64,000 nucleotides of DNA from Neocallimastix sp. 'constans'. Lineage: Eukaryota. A model generated the notes under the pieces. It saw nothing but the letters and a program-made list of their open reading frames with translations, was not told where the DNA came from and searched no databases. A program made the position numbers and the translations under genes. The stretch is taken from the NCBI GenBank assembly GCA_050613775.1, contig JBODTK010000011.1, positions 682,001-746,000 on the forward strand, written 5' to 3'. This document shows, one piece after another, positions 12,101-22,832 of the stretch. The first letter of the stretch is position 1, and every line of letters starts with the position of its first letter.

Positions 12101-12373
12101 GAATTGAGTTTTACATTTGTGATTTTTATAAGTGATGGAAATAGGAAGAGTTTTACCAAGAATAGTTTGCTTTCCACCGATGCCAGATACCTTAGGGAAA
12201 TTAGTTTTAGTTGAATACGGGATATTATTTTCTTTAATATAGTAGATATCCATTAAATTGATTTGAGAACCAGTATCGAGAAGAATTTTAGCAGTAGAAT
12301 TTGTATTATCAATACTCAAAGAAAATTCGTAAATAGGAAGATTTGAGTCAGAAACTCTAGGTCTAGAAATAGG
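9164..12373 (-). CDS. D pol (protease, RT, RNase H, integrase)
   Basis: LLDTGS, LPPHR, YIDD, TDSS, DHRNL, HHCC, DDE and LGPY motifs. The frame is open back to the gag stop at 12374-12376. Confidence 0.95.
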   Translation of the reverse strand, partial: PISRPRVSDSNLPIYEFSLSIDNTNSTAKILLDTGSQINLMDIYYIKENNIPYSTKTNFPKVSGIGGKQTILGKTLPISITYKNHKCKTQFYVVDLPSYCAILGFEWISTHNPDIDFKNKVLRFNSNHCIENCLIIPNSFTTHISENETLTTEDEKLKDTDIQELLPTQLIPFKDVFNEKSANELPPHRPYDCEIKLKQNAKLHYGPIYPLTEKESLVLKKYIKENENKKFIRKSKSPAAASVFFVPKKDVNDLRLVVDYRPLNEVTIRDSYPLPLINDMLENLSNGKVFSKLDLRSAYNLIRIKEGDEYKTAFTCKYGHYEYLVMPFGLKNAPAVFQHFINDIFEDIIGSFVYCYIDDIIIFSPDMDTHFQHLIEVLKRLRKAGLYAKLEKCEFCVPFLDFLGHRISSDGIFMDPKKVSSILEWPIPKNIKELQSFLGLANYYRRFIPSFASIAHPLHCLLKKNSKFNWSTETQIAFDNIKSKFSSAPILVYPNRELPFMVETDSSNFAIGAILSQTTPKDNKIHPVAFFSRSLNSAERNYPIYDKELLAIVDALEHWRHLLKGTDTPFTVFSDHRNLLYQKKPEKMTQRLVRWALFLSEFNFKIVYRSGSNNGKPDALSRRPDYASNNDDPSSDIPFTVLRPENFCAVATLVSSLNDQILQEYKNDEFYYDTYNQLNSEYQEIPSKLNDFSISNSFLLFKNKIYVPPNCRSSILNICHDSPSAGHFGIKKTINLINRDFWWPSLQSDVKDYIRSCDVCSRSKDSRHKPYGFLNPLDIPCKPWISISMDFITDLPVSNGYTCIFVVTDRFTKMSHFIPFPKVPSAADTASAFMNNIFRIHGLPSEIISDRGSQFTSKFWSAICKSFNITTKLASPFHHQTNGLTERVNSVIEQYLRCYSNFKGSDWYNFLFLAEFSYNNSIQESIKHSPFYANYGYNPRYSPSIPNSTDVPRADEFTKDLSELFKTLNGNLQQARKKQEEFANKHRIEAPNFKPGDKVWINSSLIIHNGNKKLKPRKLGPYKIIKKISPVSYKLDLPKEIRIHPVIHVSELEPFYEDHFGRKKEPPPR

Positions 12374-13174
12374 TTATGATTCGGGATTAGAAACATAAGT
12401 GCTACTTGATGAAGGTTTATTTTTATTTTTATATTTATTTTTAAGTGGACAATTGTCGAGAGAATGTTCAGAGGATCCACAATACAAACAAAGATTTTCT
12501 CTTCTTCTTCTTTCTTTTTCTTCTTGAGATAGAGGTCCATGAGGTTTGGATTTAAATTGCTTTTGGAAAAAGAATGATTTTTTGCCTTTTTTATTTTTAT
12601 TATTATTACTATTATTTGAATTTTGACCTTGAAGATTGGAAAATTGTCTATGAGTAGAAATACGATTATCGATTCTAGATGCAATTGTTTGCATAGCAAA
12701 GAGGGTTTGAGGTCCAGGAAACATTTCTAAAATTCTAGTAGCAATATGGTCATGTAGACCGGCAAGAAAGGCGTCCATCTTGGCTTCTTCATTCCAGGAA
12801 GATTCATCGGCGTATTTATTAAATTCTAAAATATAATTTCTGACTTCACCAATTCGTTTTTGTTTGATTGTTCTTAATTTCTGGTTGGCAATAAAGGTGG
12901 AGTCGTAGCTTCCAAATACTGATTTTAATCTAGCAATGAATTGATTATAATTAAGGAGACAAGGATCTTGGTTTTCAATAAGGGTAGCAGCCCAATTCAT
13001 GGCGTTTCCATACAAACGAGAAATGATATAGATTACTTTAGCTTCATCGTTTGTAAATCTTTCCGGTTGAATCATAAAAATAAGTTCCATTTTAGCTAGA
13101 AATCCTTTAAAGAATCGACGATCACCAGCAAAACCGTCCTTAAAAGTAGAATTTTCTTGATAATAGTTGTCCAT
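12374..13174 (-). CDS. D gag (capsid plus CCHC zinc knuckle)
   Basis: Ty3-type capsid region and CLYCGSSEHSLDNC knuckle. Confidence 0.92.
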   Translation of the reverse strand: MDNYYQENSTFKDGFAGDRRFFKGFLAKMELIFMIQPERFTNDEAKVIYIISRLYGNAMNWAATLIENQDPCLLNYNQFIARLKSVFGSYDSTFIANQKLRTIKQKRIGEVRNYILEFNKYADESSWNEEAKMDAFLAGLHDHIATRILEMFPGPQTLFAMQTIASRIDNRISTHRQFSNLQGQNSNNSNNNKNKKGKKSFFFQKQFKSKPHGPLSQEEKERRRRENLCLYCGSSEHSLDNCPLKNKYKNKNKPSSSSTYVSNPES

Positions 13175-14211
13175 ATTAAAATAAATAAGGTAAAGTAGAA
13201 TAAGTTTTCAAAGGTAAAGAATAGGCGGTAGAATCCAGAAGTTCCCAAAGTGGTAGTAGAGATTCCAATAATCCAAAAGGTAGATAGGTAGTAGAGATTC
13301 CAAAAGTTCAAAAGTTGTTTATTGGTAGGTTTCCAAGGTTAATGGATAAGAACACAAAATTTTAATAACACTTTATAATATTTTATAATTAAATATTTTT
13401 ATTTTATAATTATTTATCAAAAATTACTGAAATATAAACTAGATTATATAGTATTGGACCAACTAAATATATAATCTATCAAAGTTTTATACGATAAGTT
13501 CCTTTAGCCTTTTAGTGATAACGCAGATAAAATCGATTGTTAATGTCTTATAGACAAAAGGAAGTAATATTGTTAGATTCTTTATTATGTCTAACTTATT
13601 GTTAGCTGAAAAGAATAAAACAAATTATTTTCCCCTATATCAATAGTATCTGAACACTAAAATGTTACGAAAACAGAGACCAACTTCTGTCGCTTTGGAA
13701 GTCGTATAAACCTTATATTTATATTTTAATCTTTGTTTTCTTAATTATAAAATTATAATATTAATTATAAAATTATTGATTGATAAAATAGAATAGTACT
13801 ATTGACTCACAACTATAGAAAAAACCGTCAGTACTATTATAACTAGTGCCGCGAGTAAGCACGAAATAAAATTTTAAAATACTATATAATTTTAATCTTA
13901 CGCCTTCGGTGACGTAAGCTCCTTATTCGCCAGAGTTGTTGCAAACCTAGAACCGTTTTCCTTTATAATAGGCTACGGTGCTCTCTTATAGAGTTTTACC
14001 TAGTCTAGAACCAAATCTATTCGTCGAGTGCAACACTAAAGAAGACAATTCTTCTAACTCTGTATATGAGCTCTATTCGCTCGTATAAACGCTTTTTAAA
14101 TAAATAAATAAAAAATAAAATGGCACAGGTTTTTCTTGCTATTATTTCAAGCAAGTAATTTATTAAAATAATTAAAAATAAAAATTATTATAATTATTAA
14201 TATTATTATTA

Positions 14212-14262
<51 letters not shown>

Positions 14263-14307
14263 CTAAGCTAATTTAAAAAATTATTATTTTTGTTATAAAT
14301 TAAATGA

Positions 14308-14345
<38 letters not shown>

Positions 14346-14522
14346 CTAAAACTAATTGATTTATTCACTAAATTAATCTAAAATATTTATCTAAAAATTA
14401 AAAATTTTTTTCTTATTAAATTAATTTAATATTATTTATCTAATTATTAATTAATTTTGTTGGGTAAATATTAGAATTAATTTTGAAGGGTTAAGGTAAT
14501 ACAAGATTAATTTAATATTATC

Positions 14523-14573
<51 letters not shown>

Positions 14574-15055
14574 GTTAAGGTAATGTAAGTTTTATCTTAA
14601 TAGGGTAGTACAAGTTTAATTTGAATTATATGATCGGGTAGTACAAGAATTTTTGTTATAAAAATTAATTTCAACAACCATAGGATTAGGATTATCCGGT
14701 AATATAATAGATACAAAGGATTGAATTATATAATAGTGAGAGTAACTCAAAACAGACAAGGTGATAATTTGAATAGGAATCAATAGGCAGTAATTATTCG
14801 TCTGGGAGGAGATAGAATCCGGGATTAAAAGATATAGAAGTCCGGTATTAAAGAGATAGTAGATAAGAAGATTTATTCAAAGATTATTAGACTAAGATAG
14901 AGAGAACCGGAAGAATAGGTATTTGTTCTTTAATAGTAGAATAGTAAAAGTAGAAACCCAACGATTGCTAAAAGTTATTGATAAGATAGAATTCCTAAAA
15001 GTACGGTAGAACGTCTGAGAAATAGCGTAAAGGTATTGAGGGCTTGGATTAGCTG

Positions 15056-15065
15056 GTGCTTTTAT
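15056..15065 (-). promoter_or_regulatory. self-priming (Tf1-type) PBS of D
   Basis: ATAAAAGCAC immediately follows the 5' LTR and is complementary to GTGCTTTTAT (15273-15264), which lies 33 nt downstream of TATAAATA (15314-15307). No TGG PBS is present. Confidence 0.75.
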
Positions 15066-15709
15066 TGTAACGGAGGTGCTTCTATTGTAAAGGCGGGATG
15101 AGATATAGAAACACAGAAAGGAGAAAACTCAATAGGTTTACACTATCTGTATAAATAATTCGTTTTATTAGAAATATTTTTTATTAATTATAAAATTTAA
15201 AATAATTATTAATATTAATCAACAAGGTAATATTTCGAATTACTTATACGTTAATTATTATTAATAAAAGCACGAAGAAAAATATTTTCATTCGTGAAGT
15301 TCGCACTATTTATACTTTTAACGGAAAAACAGTTTTAACATGTAAAAATAATTTTAAAGAAATATTTAGAAATATGTTTGTAATAATTAATAATGTAAAG
15401 TTTCTAGAATATTGATTTTAATTGATGAAAATGAATCTTATCAAAAAAGAATAAAATAATTTATATAATAAGAATTTCTAAATTCATTTCGGTTGAATTA
15501 CGAACCGAAAGAATCTTTAACTTTCTATAATTTTATACAGAAAGAATATTCAAGAAGATATTATTAATAATTAATAAAATAATTAATAAAATAATTATTA
15601 ATGCAAAATGGGTTGAGGTGTGAGTCGAACCCATGAAGTATTGGTCATGGTCAATGTAACTAACCATTGAACCAAAGTTCTAATTTTACTAACTGAAGAT
15701 TTCGTTACA
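15066..15709 (-). repeat. 5' LTR of D
   Basis: Direct repeat of 8008-8651. Confidence 0.96.
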
Positions 15710-17848
15710 TGAGGATACTTTATGTCCAAGTACTTCTACTTCAGTTTGCATGAAAGAACACTTTTCGATATTGATTTTTAACTTATGTTCCTTGAATATT
15801 TCTAAGACTTGTTTAAGATGTTCTAGGTGTTCTTCTTCAGTTCTTGAGTAGATTAAAATATCATCGATAAAGTTATAGACGCATTTTCCTATTAAGGGAA
15901 ATAGTATACAGTTCATTTCTCTTTGGAATGTAGCTGGAGCACCTGTTAAACAGAAGGGCATTACCTTGAATTGGTAGTTTCCGAACTTAGTTGTAAAGGT
16001 AGTGATTTCAACACTATCATCATCCATTAATATTTGATGATAACCGGAATAAAGATCTAATGTTGAGAAGATTTTTGCTCCATCTAAGCTATCAAAAATT
16101 TCCTCAATATTTGGTAAAGAATAAGAATCCTTCTTAGTTGCTTCATTTACTTTCCTATAGTCAATACACAGGCGCCATTTACCGTTCTTTTTAGGCACAA
16201 GTACTACTGGTGATGACCATTCTGAACATGAAGGTTCAATTAATCGTTTATATATGAGTTTGGTTAATTCTTCTTTTAAGATATCTGTTTTTAATTTACT
16301 AAGTCGATAAAATTTTTGTTTAATAGGTTTAACTCCTTCCTTAAGAATAATTTTGTGTGGTGATAAATCTGAAGGTGTTAATTCTTCAGAAGAAGTTGCA
16401 ATTATATCAATATATTCTTCAAGTAATTTAGTAATAGCTTCTCTATAATTTGAATTAATTGTACTTTGAAAAACTGTGTCATATATATATTTTATGGGTG
16501 GTAATCCTTCAATCGTTTTCAATTGTTGCTTAGCTTCTTGGTGATTCAATGCTTTGATTACACATAATAATTTTTCTTCGTCATCATATTCATTATTAAT
16601 AGGTGCGATTTCTTCAATTAAACCTTGATCATTAAATCGACAAAGACTATATCTAATTGGATGTATAAATAACTGGTTATCAATTTGAGTTTTGAGGTTG
16701 ATTAATATATCATAGAATGGATCCTCCTTGTCTATAATTCTACACGTAACAAGTAGTTCTAGTTCATTAATTTTTACGGGAACTTTGATTAACACATCTT
16801 CTGAGTAATCATCATTCATCGTTGCTAAACGTATTCGTCCTGCACTAACTCCTATAGGTTCATACTGATAAGGTAATTTATCTAAAAATTGCTTTGTGAT
16901 AATACTTAAGTTGCTACATGAATCTATTAAAGCCTTACCACGAACTCCATCTACTATTACATCAACCATAGCAATATCATCTTCTTGTGGTTCATGATGT
17001 TTACTTTTATATGTATGATCTATATTGTTCGTTATTATTGTAGTAGCACACATATTATCCACTGCACCTGAAATTTTAGTATTATTCTTTTCTAATTTAA
17101 GTCCTTGTGATACTTGAGACCGTATCTTTGGAGCAACGTCCAATAATTGTCCAAATGTAATATTGCAATTACTGGAGTTTAAATCTTTGATCACGTCATA
17201 ACTATCACAATCAGTTTGCATTTGTATTCTTTTTGGAATTCTAGTTGGCATAATTTCAGTTGACTTTTCTGATGATTTTTCTTGAATTAATTTATTTAAA
17301 GTTTGTTTAGAATTATTTCCTTCCTGAGAAGTTTCTTCATTAATAATATTAACAATACTATTTTTATTATTTTCCACAGAAGTACTAGTACTAGCTCTTT
17401 CCTTATCTCTTAGCTCTTTCTCAATTCTCTTTTCTTTCTCTATTCTGGGTTGAGCCATAATCGAAGGATGTAATTGAGTTGTTGGCTTTTTGACTGGTCG
17501 CGATGTTCCCCTTAATTGATTTTCTTTTTGTTTTCGTAAACCTGGAGTAACTATTGGCTTAGGATCATCTCTTAGACTACGGTGAACCCTCTTTCCTCTT
17601 TGGTCACTAGTCTCTTCATCTTTAGGATTTGCCTTTCTCTTTATAACGTTTACTAAGTAATCCAATTCTTTGGAACCATCCGACTCATCATCAAAATCTT
17701 CGTAATAATCCGTAGTAGTACCTTCTTGGAAATCAGCAATTTCTTCATAATCATCATCTTCTTTTAAGTCAACTGTTTTGGGACGATGGCAGACTGAAGC
17801 AATTTTTTTGACGATGGGAGTGCTTCTACTCCCTTTTAGTGGTTTAAA
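15710..17848 (-). CDS. B pol, N-terminal part (long charged linker, protease, RT), entered by -1 frameshift
   Basis: The -1 frame is open from the slippery site. ALIDSCS protease, WSSPVVLV, CIDYR, LDLYSGYHQ and FIDD motifs. Confidence 0.9.
17796..17848 (-). promoter_or_regulatory. -1 programmed ribosomal frameshift signal: UUUAAAC plus H-type pseudoknot
   Basis: T TTA AAC in the gag frame (17848-17842); 8-nt spacer; stem GGGAGT/ACTCCC; loop GAAGC complementary to downstream GCTTC (17800-17796). Confidence 0.8.
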
Positions 17849-18753
17849 TAATTTTCATAAAACTTCTTGCGGTTATTTTCCAATATAGAATTTAATTTAG
17901 GACAGTTTCGTTTGGTATGTCCTTCATTGCTACAAAACCAGCAAGTACTAATTTTCATTTCTTTCATCTTGTTAGTGAGATTTTCTATAGATACATTTTT
18001 GTGGGTTTTTGGTTTGTTAAAATCATTTGAAATGTTCTTATTAAAATTACTTTTAGAGTTAAGGAGATTGTAACGAGTCTTATCATAATATTCAGTACTA
18101 TTTTTAATAGATAAACGATCAACTTTTTCAGCTATAGCGAATGCTTTGGTAATAGAAATATGGTCTTTAAGCATAACCTTTCTCCATGCGTCAGGATTAT
18201 TGGTTAAGGAATCTGCATAATCTAAAACACTAATTTTTCTTCTTCTCTTTTTATCCAATTTATGGTACAAAGATCTATAACTGACATTAAAATCTTTAAC
18301 TTTCTCGTTCTTCTTTATTTTCATGGAACGCAATTCTCGTAACAAGTTGGTTTGATCTTCTTTAAGTCCATAGAAAGTCTTCAGATGATTTATGATTTCA
18401 TCAAGGCTTGGGTAGGTGGTAGTAGATTCACTTTCTTCATCATCTTCTCCTTCACTATCGCTATCGAAATCAGAATCTTCATCTTCAGTAAGGTCATTTC
18501 CATCTTCTAATTCTTGGATAATTTCTCTTGGTTCTCCAGAAGCCGTTAATATACAAGCAGTAAAAATAGTTTCAGGATCCTTGATATGTTGGTATTTTAT
18601 CCATGCCTTTAACTCATTTGCCCAGGAGTTGATGTCAAGGTTTTGTTTAGTAAGCTTTTCAAAATCTTTTAATTCTTTCTTTAATTCTCTGAAGCTAAGC
18701 TTACTTTCTGGAGTACTCTCTGTTGGAGTACTGGAAGTACTGGATGTTCTCAT
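17836..18753 (-). CDS. B gag with CCHC zinc knuckle
   Basis: 305-aa ORF between the PBS and pol; CWFCSNEGHTKRNC knuckle. Confidence 0.9.
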   Translation of the reverse strand: MRTSSTSSTPTESTPESKLSFRELKKELKDFEKLTKQNLDINSWANELKAWIKYQHIKDPETIFTACILTASGEPREIIQELEDGNDLTEDEDSDFDSDSEGEDDEESESTTTYPSLDEIINHLKTFYGLKEDQTNLLRELRSMKIKKNEKVKDFNVSYRSLYHKLDKKRRRKISVLDYADSLTNNPDAWRKVMLKDHISITKAFAIAEKVDRLSIKNSTEYYDKTRYNLLNSKSNFNKNISNDFNKPKTHKNVSIENLTNKMKEMKISTCWFCSNEGHTKRNCPKLNSILENNRKKFYENYLNH

Positions 18754-19230
18754 AAAATAAAATTTATTGTATCTATAGAATGCTAAACCTCGTAATGTAT
18801 AAATTGTTATAAAAAAGTAAAAATAAAAAAAATTAAAAAAAAATAAATCTTTTAACTAATAAAATTATTAATTATTTATTATTATTAATCATTTATTAAA
18901 TTATAATAATCGTGCAATCTGATAGTACACACTGTCTGACGTGCAGCTTACCTCTTGAAAGGTGTCATGCCACGCGTGTGCCACGGTTACTATTTTCAAT
19001 ATAAAAAATAGCAGTCCAGAGCCTACTAGCCCAATTACTATGTAGGATAAACTTAACCCGGAAATCTATGCACGAATATTAGTTTAATTTAATATTAATT
19101 AATATTTTTAACAATTAATAATAATTAGTTAAAAATATAAAAATTGTTTTTTAAAAAAATTATTTGTTTTATTAGAAAAATTATTTATTAATATTATAAT
19201 TTTATCCCTAATGTATTAATTTATTATTAT

Positions 19231-19250
19231 ATTCCCCGATATCTCCACCA
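19231..19250 (-). promoter_or_regulatory. primer-binding site of B, tRNA-Ala-like
   Basis: TGGTGGAGATATCGGGGAAT lies 8 nt after the 5' LTR. Its complement ATTCCCCGATATCTCCACCA resembles eukaryotic tRNA-Ala 3' ends. Confidence 0.8.
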
Positions 19251-19258
19251 ATTTTTCA

Positions 19259-20044
19259 TGGTATGGTTCATATAATTTTAGGAATATAATAATAATTAAC
19301 ACAAATAATAAAATTACAATAAAAATAATTTTGTTTTAAAATCAATATTTATTTATTTAAATTTATAAAAGAAAAATAATAATATAATTATTTATTTAAT
19401 AAAAAAGAAAGTTATTGATTATATTTTATTTCACTAAAATTACATGTATTTATATTTTTTTATCAAATTAAAATTTGTAAAGCCTAACTATTTTTTTAAT
19501 AAACTAATTACTAATTATTTTTATAAATAAAACATTTAAATTGAAATTGAATTATTATTTTAGTTAATAATATTATTGTTATAAATAGTAGTTATATATT
19601 ATTGAATTATTAATTATTTAATAATAGTTTAATACTAATATATATAAAATAAAAATAAAGAGATTATACAGAATATTTTATTGTGGTTTAGTTAAGTTTA
19701 GTAATTAAAAATAAATTTAAATTGATAACGAAAATTTTAATAACTAATTAAATAGATTTGATTATTTTCAATATAACATAATACAAAAGAAATATAATAT
19801 TAATATATTAAGTGGGCAAGGACAATATTCTTGGCTAAAGATTTTTAATACATTATAATGGAATCGGATCGATAATTCAAAAAGGAATTATAAGTTAATT
19901 AGTGATTTATTAACTTAAGATTTCTATTTAGTAATATTTGAAGAATATTGGAAAGTTCCAATTATATAGAATAGAATAATCTATAAGGTTAGAATAATTT
20001 ATATTATTCTAGCACAATTAGTATTATTTGTTCATTCTGTATTA
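19259..20044 (-). repeat. 5' LTR of B
   Basis: Direct repeat of 5331-6116, followed by the PBS. Confidence 0.93.
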
Positions 20045-20061
20045 ATCATTTGTACTAGTGA

Positions 20062-20143
20062 GTCACTTTGGCGGAGTGGTTAACGCGGTGGCCTGCTAAG
20101 CCATTTCCCTTTGGGAGCGCAGGTTCGAGTCCTGCAGGTGACG
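20062..20143 (+). tRNA. tRNA-Ser(GCU)
   Basis: Acceptor stem GTCACTT/AGGTGAC; anticodon arm GTGGC-CTGCTAA-GCCAT; long variable arm; T arm GCAGG-TTCGAGT-CCTGC; discriminator G. Confidence 0.97.
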
Positions 20144-20144
20144 A

Positions 20145-20150
20145 TTTTTT
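20145..20150 (+). terminator. Pol III oligo-T terminator of tRNA-Ser
   Basis: T6 run immediately after the tRNA. Confidence 0.8.
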
Positions 20151-20209
20151 ATACTTCCTAAAAATTACTTTTTACTAAATATTATTAAATAAAATTTATT
20201 CTTACAAAA

Positions 20210-20240
<31 letters not shown>

Positions 20241-20629
20241 ACTTTGTTAAATTGATTAATAAAAAGTTAAAAATAATTTACCAATTGAAATTTATATCAT
20301 ATTATTATTAATACTCAAATAAAAAATTTATTTGGTCCTATTGTTTTATATAATTGAGATTTTTTAGACTTGAAATTTTTTAGACTTGAATTTTTTTTGA
20401 ACTGAAATTTTTTTGGAACTAAAAAATAAAAAATTATTATTGACATCTTTGGAAACTTTTATTATTTTGGTACTATTAAAAAAGTGTTGAACTATTAATT
20501 AACTTTGGACTTGACAAATTATTCAACATATGATATATAATGAAACTTTAAATAATAATAAATTGAAAAATGCATTAAAATTGTATAGATTATAGAGTAT
20601 AAAATTACTAAATAGCAAAAAAAAAAATA

Positions 20630-21420
20630 TTTAATAAGAATAATTATTTAATTTTATAATTATAATTAAATTATTAACTACAACCTAATAATAATTAAAC
20701 AATAATTACGATTAAATTGAGAAAATATAGAAGATAATTATATTTATCTTCAATAAAGAAAGAGTTTAACATATCTAATTATAATAAACTAATAATATAA
20801 AATTGCTAAAGAGAAAAAATTTCTTTGTTTTGTTTTATTTCATTTACAGTGTTCTTTATTAATACTTGCTTTATAAAGAGAGAAATATAAATTATTTATT
20901 AATAATAATTATTGATTTCTCAAAGAAAACTCAAGAACTATATTTATACTTTTTTTTTTTTTTTCAAAAGCAGGTTTAATACGAATGTCCAGATTTTGCT
21001 AATTAAATGTTAGGTTTGATCAAATCTTACTCATAATAAATCTTAATATTTATTAATTAATAAGACTTATTAAAGACGAAACTTTTTATTAAAATTCTTT
21101 ATTTAAGATAAAGTTTTATTAAAGTTTAAAATTTTATATTATATTAATATTTAATATTTAATATTTAATAATAAAGAGTAAGAAATTATGGAGTAATAAT
21201 CTTAATGAAGAATTTAATTCTATGATTAAATTACATATATTTATACTAATATTACATTAAATAAATATTATAAGTAAAATTTCATATTTGAAATTATTAT
21301 CATTTTATCTCTTAATTTTAATACATATGACCTTTTAAAATTACTATTCATACTATAATTAATTTATTATTTAAAAATTATTTAAATTACAATTCAACTA
21401 ATTATAATATTTCTCATAAT
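20630..21420 (-). mobile_element. decayed C-family-related LTR (C3); boundaries approximate
   Basis: TTGATTTCTCAAAGAAAACTCAAGA (20912-20936) plus TATTTATA is the reverse complement of the C TATA/hairpin motif. TTATTAACTACAAC (20671) matches the reverse complement of the C1 3' end. Confidence 0.6.
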
Positions 21421-21539
21421 GTAATAGAAGTTAAAACAGTAATCAAAATATTTCTAATTAATACAAAGGGTCTTAAACAATGTTCATGAGTTAATTATCA
21501 ATAAAAATAATAGAAAAATTATTAATATTTACTCCCCAA

Positions 21540-22713
21540 TGATATGGACTATTTTTCCAGGTCCATTGAGGGTTGATGGAAAAGGAATAGCCTATATCAA
21601 GTGTACTAATTACAGTTTTCCGTAATTCTGATGATAATTAATGGTTATCTTTTCTTAAGTAGCTCCTCGTACAAAGAGAGAAAATTTGAAATATTGGTAG
21701 ACCATAGAAAGTGAATCGGATGCTTTATATTGTTTTAAAATGGATATGTAGTAACATTGGAGTTATATAATTAATAATATCATGTAGTTTCTACATATTA
21801 TCATTGTAATGAATCTACTGTATTTTTTACTTTAGCATTATTTTGTATATGTTGTAATCTTAATTTGAGAAAATTAGAGACTACCTAAAGCTCAACTTTA
21901 AGTATCCTGAATTTAGCATTGGTCTTCAATGGATACTTCGTGCCAGATGTGGATATAAATTTGATGTTCGTGTTGCCAAAGTCGCCAATATGATTGAAGA
22001 TGACTGTCCAGAAAGGTATCCTTGTTGTTATCGAAAAAATAGAAAACCTCAATTGGAATATTGGTTTAAATGTTATCTTTTCCGTGAATTTCGAATGAAA
22101 TATTTATGGATATTAAAATTCTTTTTGAAAAATTTTTTGTAATTTCCAAATATTATCCTATATCTAATAGTAATGTAAGTACTATTGTCACAGATATAAA
22201 TAATGTAGAATCAAGTACAGATTCTGATAGTAGTAACGAAGTATATAATATTAATATAAATAGCAATAGAAATAAAATTGCTAATAATAGTAATAGTATT
22301 GATAATGAAAATAAGAATACTTATATTAGTGAATAATTATATCATTACCAATAATGTAGTGAATAGATCAAATATTGATACTCATGTTAATGTTAGTAAT
22401 TTTCTGAATAATGAGTTTATTAATATATATGTGACGTGGTACCGGTTACCGATTATATAACTTTCTTCTCGGTGGAAGAGATATAGATATTATTGATTTA
22501 AATTATAAAAAGGTATGGGATGTTTTGGATGATATGTTTAATAACCAAATCATTTCTGGCAATTATTATAAAATGTCATTCTTGATACGATCTGCGGCCC
22601 TCTTTACAGAAATTATGTCTAGGGCTAGTACTCGAAAAGGGTTGCTATTCCGACTGTATAACCGCAAACTAACCAGGAGCATCAACTCCAAAAATGAAGT
22701 AAGACAGGTTTAA
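21540..22713 (+). mobile_element. degenerate non-LTR retrotransposon (LINE) ORF2 3' end
   Basis: Translates in part as LQWILRARCGYKF...DCPERYPCC...EYWFKCYLFREFR (decayed CCHC zinc domain) and later YNFLLGG. A related copy lies at 34178-34515. Confidence 0.65.
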
Positions 22714-22755
22714 CGATCCATTATTTTAATATTATACTAATTAATAAAGTTATTA

Positions 22756-22832
22756 ATTTTCAGGAAATTATGAAATTTAATTAATATTATTTCTATGATA
22801 ATATTAATTAAATTTCATAATTTCCTGAAAAT
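22756..22832. repeat. perfect 35-bp inverted repeat with 7-nt loop
   Basis: ATTTTCAGGAAATTATGAAATTTAATTAATATTAT, then TTCTATG, then the exact reverse complement. Confidence 0.9.

Larger units (their letters stand above)
8008..15709 (-). mobile_element. full-length chromovirus-type Ty3/gypsy element D nested in the RT of B
   Basis: 644-bp LTRs at 8008-8651 and 15066-15709 with TGTAACG...CGTTACA termini; TSD TGAGG (8003-8007, 15710-15714); gag, pol and chromodomain. Confidence 0.97.
5331..20044 (-). mobile_element. full-length Ty3/gypsy LTR retrotransposon B, interrupted by nested element D
   Basis: 786-bp near-identical LTRs at 5331-6116 and 19259-20044; TSD ATCA (5327-5330, 20045-20048); tRNA PBS; PPT; gag and PR-RT-RH-IN domain order. 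Confidence 0.95.

Noticed and set aside
9355..12699. Short alternative-frame and antisense ORFs within D (also 804-1109, 17867-18760 and 30785-32183)
   Set aside because: Shadows of real coding frames with no motifs.
18919..18968. Hammerhead ribozyme (CTGA...GAAA...GTC)
   Set aside because: No CUGANGA core or matching stems, and it is antisense to the element.
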